From Burkholderiales bacterium (GTDB lineage: Bacteria; Pseudomonadota; Gammaproteobacteria; Burkholderiales; SG8-39), in NCBI GenBank assembly GCA_027493935.1, contig JAOSJV010000010.1, positions 547,930 to 611,929 on the forward strand: DNA of 64,000 nucleotides, written 5' to 3'. The first letter of the stretch is position 1. Every line of letters begins with the position of its first letter. The translations under genes and the position numbers were made by a program. Below the pieces are notes generated by a model. That model searched no databases and was not told where the DNA came from. It worked only from the letters and a program-made list of their open reading frames with translations. This document shows positions 28,017 through 38,393 of this stretch, piece by piece.

Positions 28017-30584
28017 CTACAAGCTGATGTCCACCGAACGGATGCCGGGGTCGGGCGCGGGCGCCGCACAGGCGCGCAGCGCGGCAGCGAACTCCTCGCC
28101 GGTCTGGTAGCGCGCCTCGGCGTCCTTGGCCATCGCGCGCTCGAGAAACTGGGCGATCGCCGGCGGCAGGCCCGGGTTGAACGACAGGATGCTCGGCGCC
28201 GGCGCGTTCGCGATCTTGAACATCAGCTGCGCCATCGACTCGCCCTCGAAAGGCAGCCGTCCGGACAGGAGCTGGTACAGGCTCACCGCCAGGGAGAAGA
28301 GGTCGGAGCGACCGTCGATGCGACGCCCGGCGAGCTGCTCGGGCGACATGTACGACGGCGTGCCGAGCACCATGCCGGTCCTGGTTTTCGAGGAATCTGT
28401 GATGCGAGCGATGCCGAAGTCGGTCACCTTGACGGTGTCGGAGTCCGGCTCGTACATGATGTTGGCCGGCTTGATGTCGCGGTGCACGATGCCCTGGCGG
28501 TGCGCGTAGCCGAGCGCGTCGGCGACTCGCGCCACGATCGATATCACCCGCTCGGCCGGCTGCAGCTTCCCGGCTTTGGTGTACGGCGTGAGATCCTGAC
28601 CCTTGAGGAACTCCATCGCGATGTAGGCGAGGTCGTGCTCCTCGCCGGCGTCGAAGATCGTGACGATGTTCGGGTGGTTGAGCCGACCGGCGGTCTCGGC
28701 CTCGCGGAAGAAGCGCTCGCGCACGTCGGCAAGCTCGTCGGGCTCGAACTCCTGCGCAAGCGCCATCGTCTTGATCGCGACGACGCGGCCGATCTTCGGG
28801 TCACGTCCCTGGTAGACGACGCCCATCGCGCCCTTGCCGAGCTCCTTCTCGACCTGGTAGCGCCCGAGCATCGGCTTCTCGACGGTGCCTGCGGTCATGA
28901 TGCTCTGGTTGGTGCGCGCACCGGTCGCTGCGCCGCCGAGGATCACCGTCTCCGAGAGCTGCTTTGCGCGCGAGACCTTCTCGCCGACGTCGCGGAACTT
29001 CGGGTTGTGCTCGGCGACGTAGCGGTAGACCGCCTCGGCCTTGTTGAACTGGCGCTTGCGCTCGAAGTCGAGCGCGAGGTTGTACAGGTTGTCGAGCACC
29101 GCCTCGTCGACCGGTTTCACCTTGCGGAACTTGTCGAACGCCATTTCGAGCTGGCCCTGACCCTGGAACGCGAGGCCGAGCATACGGTTCGACTCGGCCG
29201 ATTCGGCGTCGGACTTGAGCTTGCCAGCCTCGGTGACCAGGAACCGCTTGGTCGTGAGCAGCAGGTAGCCGACCAGGAGCAGCGTGGCAGGGAGCATCAG
29301 CTGCAGCCACATGCCGCGGCCGGTCATCAGGCCGAAATGCGCGCCGACGAGCGCAACGAACAGCACCGCGGTCGCGATGAACGCCATGCCGGCCCCGATC
29401 CGCGGCAGCAGCACGATCAGGTAGAGCCCGATCGCCAGGAACACGCCGGTCTCGGCCCACGGCGCCCACGACGGCACGATGAAGAAGTGCTCCTGCAGGA
29501 TCGACGACACGGTGTGCGCAAGCGTCAGCACCGGCGCCATGGCGGGCGACACCGGCGTGACCGAGGCGGTGCCGACCCCGGCCGCGGTCGGCCCGATCAG
29601 CACGATCTTATCGCGGTACTTGTCGACCGGGATCCTGCCGGTGAAGACGTCGAAGAAGGAGTCCACCGGGAACGCCGGCCGGCCGCCGCGGTCCTTGTAG
29701 AAGTAGGTGTGCATCTGCAGCTTCGCGTCGGTCGCGATGCGCAGGTTGGCGAGGCTCACCCCGCGGCCGAGCTCCACGCGCACGTCGGCGACGTCGAGGT
29801 TCAGGCTCCTCGCCGCGACGAGCAGCGCTAGCGATGGATAGATCTGATCGAAGTGCGCAAGGACGAGCGGCTCGCCGCGAATGCCGCCGTCGACGTCCAA
29901 GCGCGCGTTCAAGTGCCCGATTCCGGCCGCGTGCCGACCGATCTCCGCGATCGGAAAGATCACGCGGGCGGTCGTAGTGAACGGCGGCTCGGGCGAGGCG
30001 CCGTCGACATTCGCGATCGCGTTGCGCGTGACGTAGTCCGGCAAATCGCGCTCCGACCGGCCACGCGGGTCGCCGAGCTCGAACAGCATCGGCAAGAGCA
30101 CGTTGCCCGCCCGCTGGTAGCTGCGGGCCAGCTTGCGGTCGGTGTTCAGCGCCTGCTCCGCCTCGGCGAGGATTGCGCCGATCCGCGCGAGCGGGGCGCC
30201 CAGGTCGAGCCCGCCGCGGTTGGGTACCGCGCGCTGGTACTCGGCGAGCAGCGAGTTCACGTATACGAGTCCCGGGTCACGCTGCGGCTCGGTGAGGAAC
30301 ACCACGCTGCCGATCGCTTTCGCGGCTGCGCCGGCGAGCTGTTCGGTAAGCCGCGCGTGCACGTCGCGCGGCCACGGCCAGCGGCCGATGTTCTGGATGC
30401 TCGCGTCGTCGATCGCGATCACCGCGATGCGGTCGCTCGGCGTGCGATCGGTTGCGCGCACGCCGAGGTCGTACGCCTTGCGCTCGAGGCTCCGGATCAG
30501 ATCGGAGGAGCCGGCGACGGCGAAGGCGAGCGTCACCGCCAGGCCGAGGAACCAATCCTTCCTCCAGAATGCAGCCTTCTGCAC
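28017..30584 (-). CDS. CHASE2-sensor, TPR-containing Ser/Thr protein kinase
   Basis: Intact 855 aa. The order is an N-terminal CHASE2 domain (IAVIAIDDASIQNIGRWPWPRD), TM segments, TPR-like repeats, then a Hanks kinase (GKGAMGVVY, HRDIKPANIM, DFGIA, GTPSYMSPEQ). Confidence 0.9.
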   Translation of the reverse strand: MQKAAFWRKDWFLGLAVTLAFAVAGSSDLIRSLERKAYDLGVRATDRTPSDRIAVIAIDDASIQNIGRWPWPRDVHARLTEQLAGAAAKAIGSVVFLTEPQRDPGLVYVNSLLAEYQRAVPNRGGLDLGAPLARIGAILAEAEQALNTDRKLARSYQRAGNVLLPMLFELGDPRGRSERDLPDYVTRNAIANVDGASPEPPFTTTARVIFPIAEIGRHAAGIGHLNARLDVDGGIRGEPLVLAHFDQIYPSLALLVAARSLNLDVADVRVELGRGVSLANLRIATDAKLQMHTYFYKDRGGRPAFPVDSFFDVFTGRIPVDKYRDKIVLIGPTAAGVGTASVTPVSPAMAPVLTLAHTVSSILQEHFFIVPSWAPWAETGVFLAIGLYLIVLLPRIGAGMAFIATAVLFVALVGAHFGLMTGRGMWLQLMLPATLLLVGYLLLTTKRFLVTEAGKLKSDAESAESNRMLGLAFQGQGQLEMAFDKFRKVKPVDEAVLDNLYNLALDFERKRQFNKAEAVYRYVAEHNPKFRDVGEKVSRAKQLSETVILGGAATGARTNQSIMTAGTVEKPMLGRYQVEKELGKGAMGVVYQGRDPKIGRVVAIKTMALAQEFEPDELADVRERFFREAETAGRLNHPNIVTIFDAGEEHDLAYIAMEFLKGQDLTPYTKAGKLQPAERVISIVARVADALGYAHRQGIVHRDIKPANIMYEPDSDTVKVTDFGIARITDSSKTRTGMVLGTPSYMSPEQLAGRRIDGRSDLFSLAVSLYQLLSGRLPFEGESMAQLMFKIANAPAPSILSFNPGLPPAIAQFLERAMAKDAEARYQTGEEFAAALRACAAPAPDPGIRSVDISL

Positions 30585-31055
30585 CGAGCCCGATCCCCGA
30601 ATGATGTTGTTGTCGTTATGCGCAGCCGTCGTGCGACATCAGCGGCATTCTACGCCCCCGGTTCCGCGCCCCTGCCGCGGCCGCGCCGCGGGCGGGCGCT
30701 GGCGCTCCGCCGCGACGCCCGCGGCTCGTAGGGTACGGCCGGATGTCCGCGAAAACCGGCCTGGACCGTCGATCAACCGCGCATCCGCGCTATTGGTTCG
30801 CTAAGTCCCTGAAGAAACAGCAGCATAATGCGCATTCTTACAGTCGGATATGAATTTAGTCAAATTTTTGCCGAGGTGTCGTCCGGCGGGCCCGCGGCCG
30901 TCGGGGGCTGCGGCGGCCCGCCGGACGCACGCCTGATCGATACCGAGGGGGAATGGCACCGGCCGGGGCCGCACGGCGCAGGCCGGACGCGCCGGGGCCG
31001 CGTGCCTGAGGGCGGCGCGGAGAAGCGGCGTGGAGAAGCAGGCCGGGGCGCGACT

Positions 31056-31987
31056 TCAGTTGCCGAGAAGCGTCCCAACGCCGAGACCGAGCTGGCGGGC
31101 GAGGTCGGCGGCGCCGATCTTCTTGGTCTCCTCGCCTTTTGCCTTGAGCACCTCGACGCGGCCGCCTTGGGCGGTGACGAAGAAGCTCGACGCAGTAACC
31201 TCGGACACCTCCCCGACCTTGCCCTTCACCGCTCCGAACGTGCGGAACGGGTGCCTGCGGCAGTCGAAGAGCTGGATCCGCTGGCCGCCGAGCGTCGTCC
31301 AGGCGCCCGGGGCCGGGTCGCAGCCGCGGATCAGGTTATGGACGAAGTCGACGTGGTTGTGCCAGTTGATCTTCGCTTCGGGCGCGCGGCACCAGCCCTC
31401 ATAGGTCGCCTGGCGCTCGTCCTGCACGGACTCGGTGTGCTTGCCCGCCATGACCAGATCGGCCGCCTCCAGCATGGCGGCGACGCCCATCGGGAACAGG
31501 CGGTCGAAGTACACGCTGCCGAGCGTGTCGTCCGGCCCGATCGGCGTCTCCTTTTGCAGGATCACCGGACCTCGTCGAGGCCCTCGTTCGGCCGGAAGAT
31601 CGTGAGGCCGGTGCGGGTGTCGCCGCGGATGATCGGCCAGTTGATCGACGACGGGCCGCGGTATCTCGGCAGAAGCGACGGGTGGTACTGGATCGTGCCC
31701 CGCCTCGGCAGATGCGTGAGCGAGTCGGGCGCGAACTGCAGCACGTAGGCCATGACGCCGAGGTCGACGGCTAGCCCCTTCAGCGCATCGTGCGCCTCGG
31801 AACTGCGCAGCGAGGCGAACTGCAACACCCCGACACCCTTCGCTGCCGCTGCCGTCTTCAGCGGGTCGACCTTCGCGCCCTCCTTCTCCGGCGCGCAGAA
31901 TACGCCCGCCACCTCGTCCCCGCGCGCGACGAACGCCTCGAAGACGGCTTTGCCGAACTCCTGCTGCCCGATGATGGCGATTCGCAT
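31056..31987 (-). pseudogene. Fmt-like formyltransferase (formyl_trans_N + _C domains); frameshift at about 31570
   Basis: ORF 31562..31987 (MRIAIIGQQEFG ... HPSLLPRYRGPSSINWPII ... RPNEGLDE) continues in ORF 31056..31565 ((GP)VILQKETPIGPDDTLGSVY...). One base is missing in GAGG(G)TCC. It starts 9 nt after the frc stop codon. Confidence 0.8.
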
Positions 31988-31996
31988 GAATAGACC

Positions 31997-33268
31997 TCAG
32001 GCTGCCTTCTTCGGCGGCGCGCTGAAGGCGCCGGCCTTGCGCAGCGACTCGATCCGCGCTGCGTCGTAGCCGAGCACCTCCTTCAGCACCTCGTCAGTGT
32101 GCTCTCCGAGAGTCGGCGAGCGCCGGATCGCCGCCGGCGAGGCCGAGAGCTTGATCGGCATGCCGACGTTCCACCACCTGCCGCGCTGCGGATGGTCGAG
32201 TTCGACCCACATGTCGCGCCCGCGCACGTGCTCGTCGTTGGCAAGGTCCTGGGTCGACATGATCGGGCCGCATGGCACGTCGAGCGGATTCAGGATCGCC
32301 ATCAGCTCGCGCTTGGTGTAGTTCTCGGCGAACTTGTTGATCAGCGTCCACATCAGCGCCTGGTTCTTGCGCCGGTCGGCGATGGTGGCGAAGTGCGCGT
32401 CGCCGGCGAGGTCGGGCATGCCGAGCTCGGGACCGATGCGCTTCGCTAGCGCGTTCCACACCGCCTCCTGCACGACGATGTAGAGCCAATCGTTGGCACC
32501 GTGCGGCTTGCAGTGGATCGCGTTGCCAAGCTGCCCGCCTCCGGAGTCGTTGCCGGCGCGCGGCACCTCGCCCATGCCCTGGTAGGTGGGCACCGAGTAC
32601 TCCGCCAGCTCGCTGCGCATGAGGCGCTGGTGGTCGCGGAACTTGACGCGGCAGAGATTCATCACCCCGTCCATCATCGCCACCTCGACGTACTGCCCCT
32701 GCCCGGTGCGCTCGGCCTGCCTGAGCGCCGCGAGCAGCCCAATCGCGAGGTGCAGGCCGGTGCCCGAGTCGCCGATCTGGGCGCCGGTGACGAACGGCGG
32801 GCCGTCCGGTACGCCGGTGGTGCTCATCGCCCCGCCCATCGCCTGCGCCACGTTCTCGTAGGCCTTGAAGTCGGCGTAGGGGCCGGTCGAGCCGAAGCCC
32901 TTGATCGAGCCCATCACGATCTTCGGATTGATCTCGTGGATCTTCTCCCACGAGAAGCCGAAGCGGTCGAGCACGCCCGGACCGAAGTTCTCCATGACGA
33001 TGTCGCACTTCGCGAGCAGGTCGACGAAGATCCGCTTGCCCTCGGCCGACTTCATGTTCACGGTGATCGACCGCTTGTTGCAGTTGAGCATCGTGAAGTA
33101 GAGGCTGTCGGCGTTCGGCACGTCGCGCAGCTGCCCGCGCGTCGCGTCCCCCTGCGGGTTCTCGAACTTGATCACGTCGGCGCCCATCCAGGCCAGGAGC
33201 TGCGAGCAGGTCGGCCCGGCCTGCACGTGCGTCATGTCGAGAATTCGTACCCCCTTCAGTGCTTCCAT
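31997..33268 (-). CDS. frc: Formyl-CoA:oxalate CoA-transferase
   Basis: Start at ATG 33268 ([36 protein letters not shown]). 423 aa, family III CoA-transferase collinear with Frc. It forms the C-terminal part of the artificial 1026-aa track ORF. Confidence 0.9.
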   Translation of the reverse strand: MEALKGVRILDMTHVQAGPTCSQLLAWMGADVIKFENPQGDATRGQLRDVPNADSLYFTMLNCNKRSITVNMKSAEGKRIFVDLLAKCDIVMENFGPGVLDRFGFSWEKIHEINPKIVMGSIKGFGSTGPYADFKAYENVAQAMGGAMSTTGVPDGPPFVTGAQIGDSGTGLHLAIGLLAALRQAERTGQGQYVEVAMMDGVMNLCRVKFRDHQRLMRSELAEYSVPTYQGMGEVPRAGNDSGGGQLGNAIHCKPHGANDWLYIVVQEAVWNALAKRIGPELGMPDLAGDAHFATIADRRKNQALMWTLINKFAENYTKRELMAILNPLDVPCGPIMSTQDLANDEHVRGRDMWVELDHPQRGRWWNVGMPIKLSASPAAIRRSPTLGEHTDEVLKEVLGYDAARIESLRKAGAFSAPPKKAA

Positions 33269-33327
33269 GCTGATCTCCGATGACTTGGCGCCGGGCGAAG
33301 GATCACCCGCCTGCGCGCGAATCCCGC

Positions 33328-35077
33328 CTACTTCCTCTTGGCCGCCTGCGGATTGAGGTTGGTGATGCGCCCGCTCTCGGTGCCGGCGGTCTCGTCGATG
33401 ACCGCGTTGATGAGCGTGGGCCGGCGCGTGCGGATGGCTTCGTCCATGCCCTTGCGCAGTTCGTCCCGCGTCGTGGCGTGCACGCCCACGCCGCCGAACG
33501 CATCGATCAGCTTGTCGTAGCGCGCACCCTTGACGAACACGGTGGGCGCCACGTCGGACCCGCCGGCGGGGTTGACGTCGGTGCCGCGGTACACGCCGTT
33601 GTTGTTCATGACCACCACACAGACCGGCAGGTTGTAGCGGCAGATGGTCTCGACTTCCATGCCGGAAAAAGCCGAACGCGCTGTCGCCCTCGATAGCGAT
33701 GACCGGCCTGCCGGTCAAGACGGCGGCGGCGACCGAGAACCCCATGCCGATGCCCATGATGCCCCAGGTGCCCACGTCGAGGCGCCTGCGCGGCCGATAC
33801 ATGTCCACGATGCTGCGCGTGAAGTCTAGCGCGTTGGCGCCCTCGTTGATGAGGTAGGCGTCCGGGTTGGCCTTGACCACGTCGCGCACCACGGCGAGCG
33901 CGCTGTGGAAGCTCATCGGCGTCGGGTCCTTGGCGAGGATCTCGGCCATCTTGGCGATGTTCCTGGTCTTGCGCTCGGCGATGGCGGCGAGCCAGTCCGC
34001 CGGCGGGCGGGGCCAGCCGGCGCCGATGCCGGCGAGCAGTGCCGACACGCAGGATCCGATGTCGCCCACTACCGGTGCGTCGATGCGCACGTTGCTGTCG
34101 GCCTCCTGCGGGAAGATGTCGACCTGTATGAACCTCTGGCCGCCCCAATCCTTGGGGCCCTTGCCGCCCCAGGTCTTGCCCTTGCCGTGCGAGAGCAGCC
34201 AGTTGAGGCGGGCGCCGATCAGCATCACCACATCGGCCTCGGGCAGCACGTACGAGCGCGCGGCGGCGGCGGACTGCTCGTGTGTGTCCGGAAGCAGCCC
34301 CTTCGCCATGGACATCGGCAGGTAAGGGATGCCGGTCCGCTCGACGAGCGCCTGGATATCGGCGTCGGCCTGTGCGTAAGCCGCACCCTTGCCGAGGACG
34401 ATGAGCGGGCGCTTGGCTCCCTCGAGGAGGCTCAGCGCACGCTGCACCGCCTCCGGTGCCGGAATCTGACGTGGTGCCGGATCGACCACCTTGATCAGCG
34501 AACTCCTCCCGGCCGCTGCATCCATGGTCTGCACGAAGAGTTTCGCCGGCAGGTCGAGATAGACGCCGCCCGGCCGGCCGGAGACTGCGGCACGAATCGC
34601 GCGCGCGACGCCCACGCCGATGTCCTCGGCGTGGAGCACGCGGAACGCCGCCTTGCAGAGCGGCCGGGCGACGGCGAGCTGGTCCATCTCCTCGTAGTCG
34701 CCCTGCTGCAGGTCGACGATCTCGCGCTCGCTCGAACCGCTGACGAGGATCATCGGAAAGCAGTTGGTGGTGGCGTTGGCGAGCGCGGTCAGGCCGTTCA
34801 GGAAGCCGGGCGCGGAGACCGTAAGGCAGATGCCCGGCTTCTGCGTGAGAAAGCCGGCGATGGCAGCGGCGTTGCCTGCGTTCTGCTCGTGGCGGAACGA
34901 GATGACACGTATGCCCGCGGCCTGTGCCTTGCGGGCGAGATCGGTGATCGGGATTCCGGGCAGACCGAAGATGGTGTCGATGCCGTTGAGTCTGAGCGCA
35001 TCGATGACCAGGTGAAACCCATCGGTCAGCGTTTGCACCTCGTCGGCGACTTGGGGTTCTGTCACGGCTCCACCCAT
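33328..35077 (-). pseudogene. oxc: Oxalyl-CoA decarboxylase (ThDP-dependent); frameshift in the A5/T5 run 33666..33670
   Basis: The N-terminal roughly 470 aa ([27 protein letters not shown] ...) run to ..[11 protein letters not shown]. The ThDP-motif continuation [24 protein letters not shown]... is in ORF 33328..33660. Confidence 0.9.
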
Positions 35078-35157
35078 GCGGGCCTCCTACTGCCGGTCGT
35101 GAAGAAGCGCTCGGACAATGAGGACCTTATGGTAGTGACTCGGTCGCCCCGCGAGCC

Positions 35158-35171
35158 TTGACTGCGGTCAA
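35158..35171. promoter_or_regulatory. Crp/Fnr-type palindromic box TTGAC-TGCG-GTCAA in the oxc / crp-like divergent promoter region
   Basis: Perfect inverted repeat (extended form CCTTGAC..GTCAAGG). Its centre is about 87 nt upstream of the oxc ATG and about 148 nt upstream of the regulator ATG. Confidence 0.55.
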
Positions 35172-35312
35172 GGTTCCGGCTTAAATCGACGCGGCAAACC
35201 CTGGTCGGGATCGTGCACGAGCATGCTCCTGCGGGACGCTTGCGTAGCGTAGCGCGCGCCGCAGACTCACTCCTCATCGCAACGGTAGCCACTCACTGCA
35301 GCGGTTCCTGGA

Positions 35313-35930
35313 ATGTCCGCCGTCCTGACCTGCCATCCGCAGCGCAACGCGCTGCGCCTCGAGCTGAGGCAGAACCAGGTCCTGCGCGGCGTGCCGCAGC
35401 CGGCGTGGGACCAGCTCGAGCCGCGCGTCGAGATCGTCGAGTTCCGCAAGGGCGAGCTGCTGGTCAGGCAGGGCAGCCGCGAGATGGAGCAGTTCTTCAT
35501 CCTCGGCGGCATTCTCAAGCGCGTGGTCTCCAACCCCGAGGGCAAGGAGATGATCCTGCGCTTCGCCGCCGAGGGTGACATGGACACGTCTTACGCGGCG
35601 TGGCGGCTCAAGACGCCGGTGCCCTATTCGATCGTCGCGGTCACCAAGGTGCGGGCGGCGAAGCTGCCGATGCCGCACTGGGTCGAGTTTCTCGAGCGGC
35701 AGCCGGAGGTGAAGGCGCGCTTCGAGTACGAGGTGATGCGCCTGATGTCCGAGGTGATGGCGCACACGATCACGCTGCATCTGCTCGATGCGCCGGGCCG
35801 CCTCGCGCGCTTCCGCCGCAAGCACGCCGAGCTCCTTGGGCGCATCCCGAACAAGGAGCTCGCCTCGTACCTCAACCTGAGTCCCGAGACGCTCTCGCGC
35901 CTGAAACAGCGCGAGCACCAGCCGGCCTGA
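35313..35930 (+). CDS. Crp/Fnr-family transcriptional regulator (no FNR-type Cys cluster)
   Basis: 205 aa with an N-terminal cNMP-binding-like beta-roll and a C-terminal HTH (NKELASYLNLSPETLSRLK) carrying the E--SR recognition motif of FNR/Dnr-type proteins. Confidence 0.85.
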   Translation: MSAVLTCHPQRNALRLELRQNQVLRGVPQPAWDQLEPRVEIVEFRKGELLVRQGSREMEQFFILGGILKRVVSNPEGKEMILRFAAEGDMDTSYAAWRLKTPVPYSIVAVTKVRAAKLPMPHWVEFLERQPEVKARFEYEVMRLMSEVMAHTITLHLLDAPGRLARFRRKHAELLGRIPNKELASYLNLSPETLSRLKQREHQPA

Positions 35931-35956
35931 GCGGCGGTCTTTCCCGCCGCCGCTGG

Positions 35957-36773
35957 CTACCGCCGCGGCCGCCGGAAGGTGCGCAGCTCCGAGTGCACCT
36001 CGCCGACGCCGGCGACCGACTTCGCCACGCGTGCCGCGGCCTTGCGCTCGGCGTCGGTGCCGACCATGCCGCGCAGCACGACCTTCGGGCCGTCGGCCGC
36101 CACCGTCACCTGGACATCGGCGGTCTCCTCGTGCGCCATAAACGCCGCGCGCACCCGCGCCTCGAGCGCGAGGTTGTCGAGGATCGCGCGCGAGGCGGGC
36201 GTCTGCTGGAACTCGGGTCGCCGCGCGAGCCCGACGACCTGCTCGACGCAGCTCGCGATCGAGACGCGCTCGGTGTTCAGCGTGAGGTCATAGAGCATCG
36301 GGTCGCCCCACTTCACGTGGAAGCGGCGCTGCATCGCCGCGGCGTGCGCCTCGTCGCTCTTCCTCGATCTCCTCGCGGATGAAGCTCTCGTCGTCGGTGT
36401 CCAGGCGCCGCATCAGCGAGCGCACGCGCGCCTCGAACGGCGCGCAGACGCGCACGCACGGAATGTGCGGCACCGGGCGCAGGAGCAGCGTCGAGCCCCA
36501 TCCGCGGATGAGGACGTTGCCGCCCTGGGCGAGCGCCAGCACCTCCTCGGCGGTGTAGACCGCGATCTCCGCCTGGCTGGTCGAGAGCCGCTCGATGATG
36601 CTCGCCTTGCCCTCGCGCAGGCGCTGCAGCAGGCTCTTCTTCACGCTCATCTTGTCGGCCACGCGGTCCACGATCTCGTGGCCGACCGAGGCGATGCCCA
36701 GGGCCTGGGCGAGGCCGGCGGCGACCTCCGAGCCGCGCGTGCCGACTTCCATCGTCATGGCGATCACCGGCAT
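35957..36773 (-). pseudogene. Cytidylate-kinase-like family protein with a C-terminal BON domain; frameshift at about 36360
   Basis: ORF 36288..36773 (MPVIAMTMEVGTRGSEVAAGLAQALG ... IREEIE) continues in ORF 35957..36334 (KSDEAHAAAMQRRFHVKWGDPMLYDLTLNTERV ... BON-like VTVAADGPKVVLRGMV). Confidence 0.6.
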
Positions 36774-36874
36774 GACGAGGCCTGCGGGACGCGAGGGGGG
36801 CAGAGGCCGCTGCGCGGCGCCTCCGGTTGCTCCCGCATCCCGCGGAAAGCGATGCCTGCGGCGTCGGTTTCATC

Positions 36875-38371
36875 CTAGTGTCCTCCCCGCGCGCGCTTGA
36901 GGCCCGCGGCGATCATCGGCCAGAACAGCAGCACCAGCGCGAGGGTGGTGATGCCGCCGACCAGCGCATTCGAGAAGAAGATCGACATCGCGCCCTGCGA
37001 CATCAGCATCGACTGGCGGAACGAGTCCTCGGCGCGGTCGCCGAGCACGAGCGCGAGCACCAGCGGAGCAAGCGGGTAATCGAGCTTGCGCAGCACGTAG
37101 CCGGCGACGCCGAAGAGCAGCATGAGATACACGTCGGCGACCGAAGTGTGCACGGTGTACGCACCGATCGCGCAGATCACCAGGATCACCGGCGCGATGA
37201 TCGCGAACGGCACGCGCAGGATGGCAGCGAACAGCGGCACGCAGGTGAGCACCACGATCAGGCCGGCGATGTTGCCGAGGTACATGCTCGCGATCAGGCC
37301 CCAGACGAAGTCCCGCTGCTCGACGAACAGCAGCGGCCCGGGCTGAAGCCCCCAGATGAGCAGGCCGCCAAGCAGCACCGCCGCAGTCGGCGAGCCGGGT
37401 ACGCCGAGCGTGATCATCGGCAGCAGCGCGCTCGTGCCCGCGGCGTGCGCGGCAGTCTCCGGCGCGACCACACCTTCCACCTTGCCGGTGCCGAACTTCT
37501 CGCCGTCCTTCGAGAAGCGCTTCGCCACGCCGTAGCTCATGAACGAAGCCGGTGTCGCGCCGCCGGGCACGATCCCCATGAAGCAGCCCACTGCCGAGCT
37601 GCGCAGCGAAGTGATCCAGTAGCGCGGCAGCTCCTTCCACGTCTCGGAGCACCACGCGCGGGCTGAGCTTCGCGCGCGTGCCCTTGAAGAACAGGCCCTC
37701 CTCGAGCGTAAGCAGGATCTCGCCGATGCCGAACAGCCCGATCACCGCGATCAGGAAATCGAAGCCTTTCAGCAGGTCGGTGAAACCGAAAGTCAGACGC
37801 AGCTGGCCGGTGACGGTGTCCAGGCCCACGGTCGCGAGCCCGAAACCGACCATCATCGACACCACGGTCTTCAGCGCCTGGCCGCGGCTCATGCCGACGA
37901 AGGCGCAGAAGGTGAGCAGGTAGACCGAGAAGAACTCGGGCGGGCCGAACTGCAGCGCGAAGCTCGCCACGACGGGCGCGAGGAAGGTGATCAGCAGCAC
38001 CGCGACGAAGGCCCCTATGAATGACGAGGTGAACGCGGCGGTGAGCGCGGTGCCGGCGCGGCCCTGCTGCGCCAGCGGATAGCCGTCGAACGTCGTCGCG
38101 ACCGACCACGGTTCGCCCGGGATGTTGAAAAGGATCGAGGTGATTGCGCCGCCGAAGAGCGCCCCCAGTAGATGCACGAGAGCATGATGATCGCCGAGGT
38201 CGGCGGCATCGTGAAGGTGAGCGGCAGCAGGATCGCGACGCCGTTCGCGCCACCGAGCCCCGGCAGCACGCCGATGACCACGCCGAGCAGCACCCCGACG
38301 AACATCAGCATCAGGTTGAACGGCGTCAGCGCGACGCCGAAGCCGTCGAAGAGGTAGCCGATCTCTGCCAC
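36875..38371 (-). pseudogene. tctA: Tripartite tricarboxylate transporter large permease TctA; two frameshifts (C5 run 38162..38166 and about 37640-37672)
   Basis: GTG start at 38371 with AGGAGG upstream. The gene is read in three collinear pieces. They are MAEIGYLFDGFG...MLSCIYWG, then ALFGGAITSILFNIPGEPWSVATTFDG ... GLFFKGTRAKLS, then ETWKELPRYWITSLRSSAVGCFMGIVPGG ... to the stop codon. Confidence 0.85.
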
Positions 38372-38393
38372 GCCCGTTGCCTCCTGGCAACTC

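Noticed and set aside
30881-30926. GC-rich inverted repeat (12-bp arms GTCCGGCGGGCC / GGCCCGCCGGAC, 22-nt loop) between the formyltransferase gene and the kinase operon
   Set aside because: It could be a terminator, but neither strand has a U-tract directly after the stem. I noted it and did not annotate it. The adjacent AT-rich TTGACT-N17/18-TAAGAAT on the minus strand (30834..30863) is only a weak sigma70 match and lies about 250 nt from the kinase ATG.
31997-35077. 1026-aa track ORF that looks like an Oxc-Frc fusion protein
   Set aside because: After the indel at 33666..33670 the oxc frame reads through a nonsense-free, Arg/Pro-rich out-of-frame stretch and happens to join the frc frame. 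The true oxc C-terminus ([14 protein letters not shown]...) is in ORF 33328..33660, and frc has its own ATG at 33268.
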